NCBI RefSeq assembly: GCF_004010195.1
Contig: NC_057749.1
Location: 9,684,196-9,748,195 of the forward strand
Length of the DNA: 64,000 nucleotides
Reading direction: 5' to 3'
DNA from: Chiloscyllium plagiosum
Taxonomy: Eukaryota
The notes under the pieces are model-generated. The model had not been told where the DNA came from. It did no database searches and was given only the letters and a program-made list of their open reading frames with translations. This document shows positions 51,185 through 64,000 of this stretch, piece after piece. Each line of letters starts with the position of its first letter. Position 1 is the stretch's first letter. Both the position numbers and the translations under genes were made by a program.

Positions 51185-51299
51185 GAAAGTGAGGTCTGCA
51201 GATGCTGGAGATCAAAGTTGAAACTTTATTGCTGGAACAGCACAGCAGGTCAGGCAGCATCCAGGGAACAGGAGATTCGACGTTTCGGGCACAGGCCCT
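51185..51299 (-). mobile_element. Penelope pLTR insertion truncated within the hammerhead
   Basis: 17-bp TSD ttaatgaagctggagga at 51168-51184 and 51300-51316. Confidence 0.82.
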
Positions 51300-52811
51300 T
51301 TAATGAAGCTGGAGGAAATATTGAAGGTGATCATATTGTTAAAACTGAGATGGAAGGAGTGTAGTGTTAGTCCCAATACTCCTTGGGTCACACACAAATT
51401 AGCTTGTTTTACTCAGTTCCCCAATTACTGGCAGTATGTCTTCTCTATTTTATGCTTAAAATAATAAGATCCGTCAACTGGATTTCTTCAATAAACACTG
51501 AAGTTTTGTTTTGCAACAAAGTAATGAAGATGCAGAGCTGTCAACATGCTATTTGAAATATGAAAATATAAATGTTTACTTAAGTATCCCAAACCATGTA
51601 CACAAACACACATTTCAGGCAAAGAGGGCCAAGAACATTTCTCTCTGTGGAGACTCTTTTTTTTCTTGAAATTATTGTTATTGGGGTGTGGTGGTGGTGG
51701 AATGATGAGAAAAACGTTTGGCCAGTAGCTTTTAGTTCTCAAAAGCAAAATGGATAAGTTTTAAAATATTCAGGTGATTGTTGGCATGTCATTCTCATAG
51801 AGATCTACAGCATAACAAAAAAGGCCCTATACCCTAATGAGTCTGTGCTGGTCAAAAACAAGCACTTAACTACGCTCACTACAGTATTGTGTAGACAAGT
51901 GTCATCAAATGTAGGCAGTTGTCTCTGAGATCTTGGCAGTTGAAGCTTGCTCAGGAAACACAGTAACAAGGAGTCTTCCAGCCACTGTTGAGGAGGACAA
52001 CGGACTTTCACGAGGAATGTATTTCAAAAACAGGAGAAGTGAGCTAAACAGACTGTCCTGAAGCAGGATTTCCCTGACTGGAAATCCATATACAAACACC
52101 GAGCCTGCAGAATGCTGTTCAAACAGAATAACAATAAAATCCAGTTGTAAAACCAGTTTGGTGTTGTACCTAAAGTGAGTGCAAGCAATCACTTGTCTGG
52201 AATCATGAGGTTTCCCAGGAATGCCTTGTTGAAAAGAAAATTCCAATGTACCGTTTAATTGACCTTTATCTTTAAACAAAAAGTCCAGATATCTCCATAA
52301 TCCTTCAAACTTTCCCACAGAGATTATTAAATATAAAACCATCATAATATCCTTTGACATGAATGTTTTAAGCAGTGAAGATAAAGATGACATGTACTTG
52401 TTTCAAGTGTTGCCCCAATAGTTTGAATCATAACACAACTTTGGCAATGCATACATTTACTGAATCCACAGTAATGCAGTGAAGGGAATTTATCTTTATT
52501 AGTCTGCTGCAAGGTTTGCATTGGGCATAATTGAAACTTGCTCTTTAAATGTGTATCATATTTGCATACTGAACCTAAATATTATTCTTCCTAAAATGTC
52601 ATGATCAGCTTCATAACTAAGCTAATAATACAATTCCTACCTTACGTCAGAGACCATATTTGAAAAAGTACATTGGCATGCCAGTAACTCCTGCAGTTTG
52701 TGGAAAATACCTCATAAATAGCTTGTTTTTCTAAAAGGTTGGTTGAATAGTTGAGATGTCTTAACATTCAATGCTGGTAAGTGGCACTAGTGTAGTTTAT
52801 GTTGGTGCATG

Positions 52812-53447
52812 GGAGAAAGTGAGCACTGCAGATGCTGGAGATCAGAGCTTAAAAATGTGTTTCTGGATTAGTGGTGCTGGAAGAGCACAGCAGTTCAGGC
52901 AGCATCCAAGGAGCAGCGAAATCGACGTTTCGGGCAAAAGCCCTTCATCAGGAATAAAGGCAGTGAACCTGAAGCGTGGAGAGATAAGCTAGAGGAGGGT
53001 GGGGGTGGGGAGAAAGTAGCATAGAGTACAATGGGTGAGTGGGGGAGGGGATGAAGGTGATAGGTCAGGGAGGAGAGGGTGGAGTGGATAGGTGGAAAAG
53101 GAGATAGGCAGGTAGGACAAGTCCGGACAAGTCATGGGGACAGTGCTGAGCTGGAAGTTTGGAACTAGGGTGAGGTGGGGGAAGGGGAAATGAGGAAACT
53201 GTTGAAGTCCACATTGATGCCCTGGGGTTGAAGTGTTCTGAGGCGGAAGATGAGGCATTCTTCCTCCAGGCGTCTGGTGGTGAGGGACTGGCGGTGAAGG
53301 AGGCCCAGGACCTCCATGTCCTCAGCAGAGTGGGAGAGGGAGTTGAAATGTTGGGCCACGGGGCGGTGTGGTTGATTGGTGCGGGTGTCCCGGAGATGTT
53401 CCCTGAAGCGCTCTGCTAGGAGGCGCCCAGTCTCCCCAATGTAGAGG
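52812..53447 (-). mobile_element. Penelope-like 3' fragment (GIY-YIG end plus pLTR with hammerhead)
   Basis: YIGETGRLLAERFREHLRD..VAQHFNS..RRLEEECLIFRLRTLQPQGIN; ctgatgaagggcttttgcccgaaacgtc on the minus strand at ~52924-52951. Confidence 0.92.
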
Positions 53448-53459
53448 TTACCTCGTTGA

Positions 53460-53656
53460 TTTAAAAAATGTGTTGCTGGAACAGCGCAGCAGGTCTGGCA
53501 GCATCACAGGAGCAGGAGAATCGACGTTTCGGGCATAAGCCCTTCTTCAGGAATCTTCAGGATTCCTGAAGAAGGGCTTATGCCCGAAATGTCTATTCTC
53601 CATTCTCCTTTGATGCTGCCTGACCTGCTGCGCTTTTCCAGCAACACATTTTTAAG
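53460..53656. mobile_element. Penelope pLTR fold-back with hammerhead cores on both strands
   Basis: Inverted arms centred on ~53558; ctgaagaagggcttatgcccgaaa present in both orientations. Confidence 0.82.
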
Positions 53657-54239
53657 CAGACTTGATGGGCCAAAGAGCTGCTTTGTACTGCATTAAAAAA
53701 TCAAATCCCTTAAAGAGACCCAAACGTTCTTTTGGTTGAGTCAGATTGGTGTGGTGTTTTTCTCATCTCTTGACAGCATGTTGCCACCTGGGTATAAAAT
53801 CCAATTTGGGTTCAGAAAATGTCACTTGCAGCTCTTGAACAAAATGCCCCTTGTTATTATCTTTCTTTGGCTCAGTCTAAATGTTTTCTGATCCAATTGA
53901 ATGTTGCTTTCTTATAGGATTATTTGTTGCTAGCTTGATGCCATGCTTCATCCATTTTAACTGTTTATAATCATTCTGTTGAATTTACTGTCTTTAATTG
54001 TGTCTACTGTCTTTTTTTAAAGCCATTTGTAGTTGGGCTGCATTTGCCCTGTTTTGTTTGTGTTTAGTTATGCCAGGAGCTCATTATTTATATGTCATGC
54101 TGTAATCCAAGATTTTGCTGCAAGCCAGAGTTGTTGGGAGCTGTAATTGTGATATGAACTTCCTGCCTATAGTTATCTGCAAATGTGAAACTGTATTGGA
54201 TAACTTGCTTTTGGTACACCTTCCTAAAACTGGAATTAA

Positions 54240-56480
54240 AAAGTAGTGCTGGAAAAACACAGCAGGTCTGATAGCAATAGTAGAGAGAAAACAGTTAACA
54301 TTTTGAATTCATTGAACCTTGGTCAGAATTGACTCCTCAAAACTCCGTCTCCGTGCCTCCTCCTCTGACAGAACCCCCAACCTCCCTGCCTTCAACCTAT
54401 CTCCTCCACTTGGTCACCACCTAGTGGCATTGTAGCCGCCCTAGACCTCTTCATTGCAGACTGCCGATGTGACGTCAGCTGCCTCGGTTTCTCCATCCCC
54501 TCCAAACGTGCAGCGCTCCCCTCTCTGCACTAACCCTGGTTAACCATCGAACTCGTTAACAAAGGCAGGGTGGTGATAGTCTGGAGAACAGACCTCTATG
54601 TTGTAGAGGCCGAATGCAATTCTCGGACACCACATCCTACCCTCCCCTTGCCCACGACCATCATGCCAAAATCATATGCACTGTCTGTGCCCTCATTGCC
54701 TCTGGTGATCCCCCCCTCCACTGCGTCCAATTTCATTGTCCCCTGACCTCATACTGCCCTGTTCTACCTGCTCCCCAAGGTCCACAATCCCAACTACCGC
54801 GGCTGACTCATCATCTCAGCATGCTCTTGCCCCACTGAACTCATCTTGTCCTACGTCAACTCCATCTTCTCCCCCCTTGATTTAGCCACTTCCCACCTAC
54901 TTCCGTGACACCAACTAGGCCCTCCATCTCTTCAATAACTTCCAGCCCCCCGGACTCCACGTTATCTTCACCATGAACATGCTTTCCTTATACCCCACAT
55001 GGATGGCTTCCAGACTATCTGCTTCCTCTTCTCCAACAGACCCACTGAGTCTCCTTCTACCAATACCATCCTCCACCTCACCAAACAGGTCCTCACACTC
55101 AACAACTTTTCCCTTAACTCCTCCCATTTCCTCCAAATCCAGAGGTGGCCTTGGGCATCCGGATGGGCCCCAGCTATGCCTGCCTCTTTGTGAGCTATAT
55201 CAAACAGTCCCCCTTGAGTACCTACACAGGCACTGTGCCCCAACTCTTCTGCCATTACATTGCTGACTGCATCAGTGCAGCGTCCTGCATCCATACTGAA
55301 CTGGAGCAGTTTATCGACTTCGCCCACAACTTCTACTCCGCCTTCATGCAATTGGTACATTTCGGACACCTCCCTCCCCTTTCTTAACCTCTCCATTTCC
55401 ATCTTCAGCGACAGTCTCCAGGCGGAGATTATAAGCCCGCAGGCTCCCGCAACTATCTGGACTACACCTTCTCACACCCAGTATCCTGCAAGAACTCCAC
55501 CCCATTCTCCCAATTCCTGCGCCTCCACTGCATCTCCTTGGACGTGGAGACATTCCACTCCCAAGCACACCAGATGTCCAACTATTTCAAACAATGTACT
55601 TCTCCTCCCTCTGTCATCCAGACAGCCCTCCACCCCACCAGCTCCATTCCCCGTTCCACTGCTCTAACCACCCCATCAGCGCAATAAAGACGGAGTTTCC
55701 CTTGTCCTCACTTACCACCTCACTAGTCTGTGCATCATCCTTAAATACTTCCGCCAACTCTAACTTCAACGAGACCCTACCACCAAGAACATCTTCCCCT
55801 CCCCATCCCTCTCTGCCTTCCCCAAGGACTGTTCCCTTGGACAGGTTTTGGTTTGTGCTGTTCCCTCCTTGGTCAGCATATTGTCGGGACCATTCCCTCC
55901 AGGACCCACTGGTCCAGCCCTGCGCTCCCTTCCAACCTAGTTTACTGCATCGGGTGCTTCTAATGCAATCTTCTCTACATCGGGGAGACTGAATGTAAAC
56001 TTACGGAACGCTTCACCGTGGATCTCAATTGGGCCCACAGGGACTGACTAGACTTCCCAGTAACTACCCATTTATTCCCCTTCCTACTCCCTTTCTGACA
56101 TGACTGTTCTTGGCCTCTTCCATTGCCTCAACGAACCAAACCGGAAATTGGAGGAACAACACTTCATCTTCTGCCTGGGCAGCCTACAGCCTGGAGGACT
56201 CAACATTGAGTTCTCCAATTTCAAATAACCCCCCTTCCCTTGCCCTGACTCCCTTCCCAGCCCATCCCCCTCCCTTCCACTCCTCCCTGCCACTAACCGG
56301 GTTCATTCCTCCTATTGACCAACCAGCTCGTACCTTCTACCTGTCTTCACCTATGCACACTTCACAACCCTGTCTCCACCACCCCCTTTATCTGTAGCTC
56401 GTCCTTCACCCACCCCCGAAAACATCGACTTCTCCATCTCCTGATGCTGCCTGGCTGCTATGTTCTTCCAGCCTCCAGCC
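54240..56480 (+). mobile_element. Decayed Penelope-like element (RT and GIY-YIG) with inverted pLTR at 5' end
   Basis: ALGIRMGPSYACLFVSY, FCHYIADCI (degenerate RYIDD), NLVYCIGC..LLYIGET, RKLEEQHFIFCLGSLQPGGLNIEF. Confidence 0.9.
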
Positions 56481-56969
56481 TGTCCAGTGGTGAGGATATT
56501 TAGCAACAATTATGAAGTTGGTGGACTGAAAAAATTCACTTCTCCTCAACCAAGGATTCCCCACCAACTGTGGTCAACAGGACCCTTGCCCATGCCTGAC
56601 CAATTTCTCATATTTCCGCCCTCACCCCTTCTCTTCCCTCCCACAGCATGCCTAAACATCCCCATTCCTCACTCTCCACCTCACTAGCATCTACATCTAA
56701 AGGCTCATGGTCTGACACTGCCCACTACCAGGCACAAATTTCTGTTCCCTCCTTGGTCAGCATATTGTCGGGACCATTCCCTCCAGGACCCACTGGTCCA
56801 GCCCTGCGCTCCCAAACCACCTCCACCATCACCCCCCCACCCCGCCCCCCGAACGTGTGCGCATGCACACACATTCCAAGCAGTTGTGGAAGGTGCGACA
56901 TTTACCACCTCTTCTCCAGTGAGACTCAGCACAAGCTGGAAGAACAGCATCTCTTTTACTGTTTGTAAT

Positions 56970-59350
56970 GATACCCGCCTCCACCACTTCCTCTGGCAGT
57001 TCATTCTGTACACACACAACCTTTGTGTGAAAAAGTTGGCTGTTGGCTCCCTTTTAAATCTTTCCCCTCTCATGCTAAACCTTTGCCCTCTATTTCTGGA
57101 CACACCACCTGAGGGAAAGGACCTTGGCTTTCACCCTGTCCATGCCCCTCATGATTTTATAAACCTCAATAAGGTCACCCTTCAGCCTCTGACGCTCCAG
57201 GGAAAACAACCGCGGCCTATCATCCTCACACGATAGCTCAAGCCCTCCAACCCTGGCAACATCCTTGTAAATCTTTTCTGAACCTTTTCAAGTTTCACAA
57301 CATCTTTGCTTTGCAAAGAAACCAGAATTGAATGCTGTATTCTGAAAATGGCCTAATCAATGTCCTGTATAGCTGTAACATGACATCCCAACTCCCATAT
57401 TCAATGCACTGACCAATAAAGGCAAGTATACCTAACACCTCTTCACTACTCTGTCTACCTGTGACTCCACTTTCAAGGAACTACCAACCTGCACCCCAAG
57501 ATCTCATTGTTTGGTAGCACTCTGATTTTTAATAAGTCCTCCCACACCAAAATGTAACACCTCATATTTACCTAAGTTAAACTCCATCTGCTGCTCCTCA
57601 GCCCATCTGATCAAGATCCCCTTGTATACTGAGTAAACCACGTTTGCTGACCACTAAACCACCAATTTTGCCTAATCTACAAACTTAGTGACGATGTATC
57701 CTATATTCATATCCAAGTCATTTGTATAGATGACCAAAAGCTGTGGACCCAGCACTGATCCTTACAGCATGCAGTTGCTCACTTGTGGCTACCAGTGCTA
57801 TAAAGATCTCAGCAAAAGACACATCAATCACTTTCCTAGCTTCCCACAAAGTGCTGGGATATACTTGATCAGGTGCTGGGGATTTATCCACCTTTTATAT
57901 TTTAAGATGTCAGCACCACCACCTCTGTAATATAGACATTTTTCAAGATTATTTCAGCAAGTTCGCTAGCTTCCAAATGCTTCTGTACAGTAAATATGAA
58001 TGCAAAGTTCTTGTTTAGTGTCTCATCCATCTCCTCTGGTTCCACAAATCGATGGCCTTATTGATCTTTAAGGGATCCTATACTCTCCCTAGTTATTCTT
58101 TTGCCCTTAATGTATTTGTAGAATCTCTCTGGATTCTCCTTAATTCTATTTGTCAAAACTATCTCCTGTCCCCTTTTTGCCCTCCTGATTTTCCTCTTGA
58201 GTTTTCTGCTATTGCCCTTATATTCCTCTCAAATGAATTCATTTGAATTCCAGCTGTCTATACTTGACATATGTCACCTTCTTGACCAGTCTCAATTTCT
58301 CTAGTCATCCAGCATTCCCTATACCGACCAGCCTTGTACTTCACACTAACAGGAACATACTGCCTTTAGACTCTATTATCTCATTTTTGAAGCCACTTTC
58401 TAACTTTCCCTTTACCTTCGAATAGCTTCTCCCAATCAACCTTAGAAAGTTCTTGCCTAATGCCATCAAAATTGGCCTTCCTCTAATTTAAAAGTTTGAC
58501 TTTTAGATCTGGTCTATTCTTTTCCATCACTATTTTGAAACTAATAGCATTATAATCACTGGCCCCAAAATGCTCCCCCAGAGAAACTTCAGTAACTTGC
58601 CCTACTTTATTTCCCAACAAAAGTTCAAAGTTTGCTCCCCCCCCTCGTAGGTACATCTGCATACTGAATAAGAAACTTTTCCAGTACACACTTATCAAAT
58701 TCATCTCCATCCAAACCCTTAACAGTATGGCAGTCCCTGTCTATAATTGGAAAGTTAAAATCCCCTACCATTACAACCCTATTATTCTTACAGATATGAG
58801 ATCTCCTTACAAATTTGCTTCTCAATTTCTGCTGACTTTTGGGGGCTTATAGTACAATCCCAGTAAGATTATCATCCCTTTCTTATTTCTCAGTTCACAC
58901 ATATAACATTACTGGTTGTGTTCCTAGAATTATCCTCCATAAGTACAACTGTAATGCTATCCTTAATCAAAAATGCCACTTCCCCTTCTTGCTCCCCTTT
59001 CTAACCTTACCATAGCGTCTATACCCTGGAAACTTAAATTGCCAGTCCTGCCCTTCCCTGAGCCATAATGTCTGTAATAGTTATGACATCCCAGTCCACA
59101 ACCATGCCCTGAGTTCATCAGCCTTACCTGTCAGACCTTTTGATTTGAAATAAATGCTACTTTATTTATCAGTCTTGCCTCATTCTCCACTTTGCTCATT
59201 CCTGCATTGACTATTTGACTTGTTCTTAACTGTACCAGCCTCAGACTTATCTATTTTCACTATCTCATCCATGCCTCTCTTCCACCTTCCTCCCTCCCTC
59301 CCACGTCCATGCCTCCAACTAGTTTAAAGCCACCTGAGTAGCAGCAGCAA
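56970..59350 (-). mobile_element. Decayed, internally deleted CR1 LINE
   Basis: NFFTQRLCV (RT end); VVMVGDFNFPIID and EHFGASDYNAISF (APE). Confidence 0.88.
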
Positions 59351-60819
59351 ATCTCTTGACTGAGATATTTGCACAAAGTAGAAAATTAGACATGATGATG
59401 CCTCTTAAGGTCCAAGTGCAATCTTTATTCTTACCAGACACTACCCACACAGCCAAAAAAACTAAACAGCAATAATACAAGCATTTTAATTTAATTCAGT
59501 CCGTGGATTCAATTGACATGAAAGATTTGATCCAGTTACAAAATGACTTCAGATTTTAATCATCACTGGGAGCCTTAAGACAAATCCAAACAATCTTGAG
59601 TAATTGGGCACTATTCGGCTGTAAAATATTCTCTCCATTTAGATTTACATTGTGCAATATGCCCAACAAGTAACAGTAAGCATCCTTATGTAAATAAATC
59701 CAGATAACAAATGATCAGTTTAAATGCAGTCCAGAATATAAGAATTAAGGGGCCAAGTCAAGCCTGCTTCACTTTCCAAGAAGATCACAGGTCATCTACC
59801 ACATGCCAGGCCCCATGTTAATTGATTATTTTTGCAACCAAAAGTCTGTTGATCTGACTTAAAGACACATGAAAGTTTGAGCTGCCATAATTCTCTGCAG
59901 AGAAATCTGGAAGTTCAGAGTGTTCTTGTGCAAAGAAGTGTCCCTTCATCTTAGTTCTAAATGGCTGATCCCTATCTGAGGGCCAAATCCTTATTCAGTA
60001 AATGCAGCAGATTCTAGCCAAATCCATGAATCTCACAATTTGAATTGGTTCATTTCTATTGTTTTTGCAGCTCAGACATTATAGCAGTAGTTGCCTTTAG
60101 CTGACTTTAAGCTTTTTTTTCTTTAAACATTGTGTGTTATTAGACAACAATAAAATGTGAACTGCCAATAAAAAGACCTGTAATCCTTAAAACCATCAAG
60201 ACAGAATCAGCAAAGCTAAACATCATTAATCTGTGTGGGTAAAACAGCGACATAGTACTCTGAGGGAAGCTCTGAAATTTTCCAAGTATAGCATGGAGTA
60301 CCGTAGCAAGCTCTTGTTGCCAAAATACACAAGACATTCAAGTCATGAAGGCATTGAAAAGAGCTGCAATGATGATCCCGCAAATTGGAGGTTGCAGTCA
60401 TGTAGACAGAAATATGAACAGCCCAAACTGAGTGGTAATCTTAAAAGCTGTACAAGATTGTGAATGGTTTGCAAAAAGGATAAGCCTGTATGTTTGCAGT
60501 GAGTCAAATTGTCTGTGCGCACAGCCACTTGGAATTAAATCATCGGATTGCAGCTAATAAAATTTCACATCTGAGGTTTTCGTCCCATAAAGATCCATTT
60601 TTCTGGCTTCCCAGCAATACGATTATAGTTGCCATAGGACTCGAAGGCATTCCAAGTCTAGCAATTTCCTGAGTGTGAAATTTCCTTTTGTAAAATCAGT
60701 TTGAATCTGGCACCAAGGCTAAAATTCATTACAGGTGTAAAGACAATATCTTTGTTTAATTCTGTATTTTATTTATGGAATGAAATGGGAAAAAACTTGT
60801 TTTGAAAGAACAAGAGTCT

Positions 60820-61116
60820 TAGCGTTGAACAGTACGGAAACAGACCCTGCAGTCCAACTCATCCATGCTGACCAGATATCTCAAATTAATGTAGTCCCAT
60901 TTGCCAGCACTTGGCCCATCATTCATGTATACATCCAGATGCCTTTTAAATGTTGTAATTGTAGCCTCGGCCACTTCCTGTGGCAGTTCATTCCATACAT
61001 TCCCCTCTGTCTCTGTTTCAGGGAAAACAACTCAAGCCTATTCAGCGTCTCCCTATAGCTCAAACCCTCCAACCTTGACAATATCCTTAAATCTTCTCTG
61101 AACCCTTTCAAGTTTC
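60820..61116 (-). mobile_element. CR1 3' fragment
   Basis: LEGLSYRETLNRLELFSLKQR and CR1 tail. Confidence 0.85.
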
Positions 61117-62914
61117 AAGATTATAGAAAGGATTCCTGTACTTTTTAAAGTAGTTACCTGGCACTTATTTTAAATGCTGTTTGCTTTGTTGGTTCAAGTA
61201 GTGGAGGATGCCTGGTTTAAGACAGGTTGGAGTTAAAAGGTACTGATGTATGGAAATTCAGCTGGATGCAAGTAGAATAGAGAATGGTGACCTGTTGCTG
61301 CTGAAAAGGACTTCTGCCTGCCAGCATCTTTGAGGTTGATTCCCAGGCAGCTGAACAGTTTGTGTGAACTTTTGAGCAGAAGCAATCAGATCTCTGGAAA
61401 GGAAGGCACTGCCTTCATTTGTTGCAGTGAGCCGTGATTCTTAATCAGTAAGTCAAAGGTTTTATAGATGTGAACTAATCATTTTGTACCTTGTGAAAAT
61501 ACTTGGAGAAGGAAGATAGGGAAGGAGCAAGACCTGACAAGCCCAAAAGATCATCTTAGTGTAGATATTTTTCAATCACCCTGATTAGAGAAGTTATTAC
61601 ACATCTCTAGAACAGGTTGGACTTGAACCTTTACCTTCCATCATCTGTTTACCTTGTGGACAATTGAACTGCCTTCCCAATCTTGTCCTCGCCAGAGCAC
61701 TCAGTTTCTTTTCTGTCTGTATGTGTGTAGGTTTTTTAATAATGGGGTTAGAATTTTAGATTTGTGTTATAAGTCAGAGGTTCAAAATTACCTAATACTA
61801 GGATCAATTTGATTACAATAAATATCAATTCTTGTTCAATATGGAAACCTAGTCTTGCTTTCTGTTAGCTTGGATCTGAAAGGGAGATAAATGCGCATTT
61901 TCCATACTTTTGTAAATCTTTTACTTATGGTGATTGTGGGAATAGCAAAGCATGATTTTCTGCGCATTGCCCGAGTGAGGCAGAACATGGCCATAAGGAT
62001 GTTCAGTAGTAATTTTATACTTCACAAGCAGGACACTCAGCAGTCAAAATCGCTGACTGCAACCTGTAAATTTCTTCATTTAGCTGAACTTAGGTGGACT
62101 TTTGAGCTCCTCTCAAATTTAGGAAATAATGATGCAAATGGTACTGGTTTCACCACCATTAGCAAGGCAAGCTCTTGAGCTATGGAATTAACTCCCAAAT
62201 AGAGTTGTATTTTCACAAGAGGAAATATATTGCCTTGGCAGTATCATTCCCTTGGAATTCTTGTCACCAGAGTCCATTCACTGATACAAACCGGTCTTGA
62301 CCAAGTGTGTAAAGCTTTTCTTATTTGAAAAAAAACCCCTCTCTTTGATTTAATTTGCTCAAAACAAAAATGCCAGAGGTTCAAGAAGAAAAATATGAAG
62401 TATTAAAGTTTGACAGTTGCAAACAAGACAAACTTGTGAACTGGCGATCACATGACCGTAGTTCATGACCTTAGAGAACATTTAAGAGCAAAGAGCCAAG
62501 AAAATTATCAGTACTGCTGCCATGTTCAGTCTAACTTGAGCTTGTTTAGCTCAAAGTTTCCCTAGCTCATTAAAAAAAAAATCAACTGTGAAGCCAACCA
62601 CCACTAGGAAAACATCAAGATGCACAGCAATGAAGTGCAATTTATAGTGATTTTAACGACTTAGTAAATGCTAAAATTTAAATTTGAGAAAGCATTTCAT
62701 TTCTGTCCATTTAATTGGTAAAATGTGGCTTTGACATTTAAGGATGTTAGTTGGTAACAATAGAACTGCATTTGGAGTTTACCAAAGTACTGTCATGTAT
62801 GAAAGATTTATTAATTCAGTCCTTTAATTGCTGTGCACCCACTGTAAAACAGAATGTAAGCCAAATTCAGAACAAATAAAAGTTTATATTCTTCAGTGAG
62901 CTTGAAAGAAAATT

Positions 62915-62996
62915 AAGATCACACAACACCAGGTTGTAATCCAACAGGTTTATTTGGAAGCACTAGCTTTTAGAGCGCTGTTCCTTCATTAGGTGG
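62915..62996 (-). mobile_element. Decayed pLTR of the second Penelope family
   Basis: Similar to 11125-11203 (atcacacaacaccaggtt..ccaacaggttta..gcactagcttt). Confidence 0.65.
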
Positions 62997-64000
62997 TCTG
63001 GCAATCCAGAAATCCAGGCCAGTGATATGACGTTATGGATTTGATCTACCATGGCAGATGAAATTTGAATTCAATAAAATTCTGAAATAAAAAGCTTGCT
63101 TAAGGTCAAGCACGTCACCATGGTGAATGATTTTTTAAAAAAAACACTCCGTTCACTGATATCCATAAGGGAAGGAAATCTGCCATCGTTTCCTGGTCTG
63201 CCCTATATGTGCTCCCAGACACACAGTAATGTGTTTGACTCTGAGCTGAGGCCTGGCATTTAGGGATGAGCAACAAATGTTGGCTGAGCCAGCAACACCC
63301 ACATCCCAAGAAGAAATAAAAAGCTCCAATAGTTTACTTTCTGCAATAGGAGAGGCAAATAAAATCCAAGAACAGTAACTGAATATTCTTAATAAAATAT
63401 TTGGTATTTTTGTACACCTTCACCAACTGCCAAGGTACAATTTCACAAATGCCAACAGCATTTTGGAACTTTTCCCAAGTGGTTAGTGTCTCTGCGTGAG
63501 ACACATGTATGTCAACTCTGGTGACGGAAGGTGCAATACAATCAGGCCAACATCAAATTTACATACTGTATTTGCACTTATTTTAGAGTTTTGTATTTAA
63601 ACAATCAGAAACAGACAGCATTCATGGAATTTAGCACTTCCCAGCCTGAGACACGGCAATCAACTTTTTATGCCTTCCTCTGCTCTGCCCCAGACCGGTG
63701 AAACAGTTAAAAAGAAATTAGGAAATGTTGACTAAGATTCAAGTACATACATACTGTGGAGCCAAATATTATTCTGATACCCACACAGCATTCCGAACAA
63801 CCGAATCACTTCCTATTAGCTCCTATGATGTACATACTTGATGAAACACTGTAGGGATAATCATGTTGCATGCATATTTTCTACACAGATTTATCTTCAG
63901 TGCATCCTATTAACTGGCTATCAATCCAAAAGCCCAATTGCACTAAGAGATAGCAGCATCTACTGATTAACACTTTAATTCAAACCTCTTTACAAACATT

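Noticed and set aside
51905..52393. 162-aa minus-strand ATG ORF in non-repetitive DNA
   Set aside because: No recognisable motif or exon context; likely chance, though a BLASTP or conservation check would be cheap.

Overview
Repeat-rich vertebrate genomic DNA, most likely cartilaginous fish (shark). The basis for that call is the mix of HE1-type tRNA/CR1-tail SINEs, CR1 LINEs and hammerhead-bearing Penelope elements. No intact protein-coding gene is visible; ORF-track entries are decayed retroelement fragments, pseudo-exon pieces or noise. The main hidden feature is on the + strand from ~350 to ~36,880: about 16 splice-bounded pseudo-exons whose manual translations line up, in order, with the middle and C-terminal parts of GREB1/GREB1L as I recall those sequences. 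They carry many stops and frameshifts, so this looks like a very divergent, decayed GREB1-family paralog whose 5' end lies upstream of the window. About 0.8 kb past its last exon is a CpG-rich promoter with seven CCAAT boxes, GC boxes, an E2F/CHR-like module and a non-coding first exon of an unidentified + strand gene. The rest of the window is probably that gene's first intron. Mobile elements include: a Gmr1-type gypsy remnant (gag-PR-IN-RT order), an ERV-like element with two LTRs and a tRNA-Ser primer-binding site, a solo LTR with target-site duplication (TSD), an inverted RTE fragment, Penelope RT/GIY-YIG fragments, and many short Penelope terminal-repeat (pLTR) insertions with minimal hammerhead ribozyme cores. 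Some of the latter form fold-back hairpins, and one is a retrozyme-like 268-nt tandem unit. All homology calls are by eye from recalled family motifs; no database search was run.
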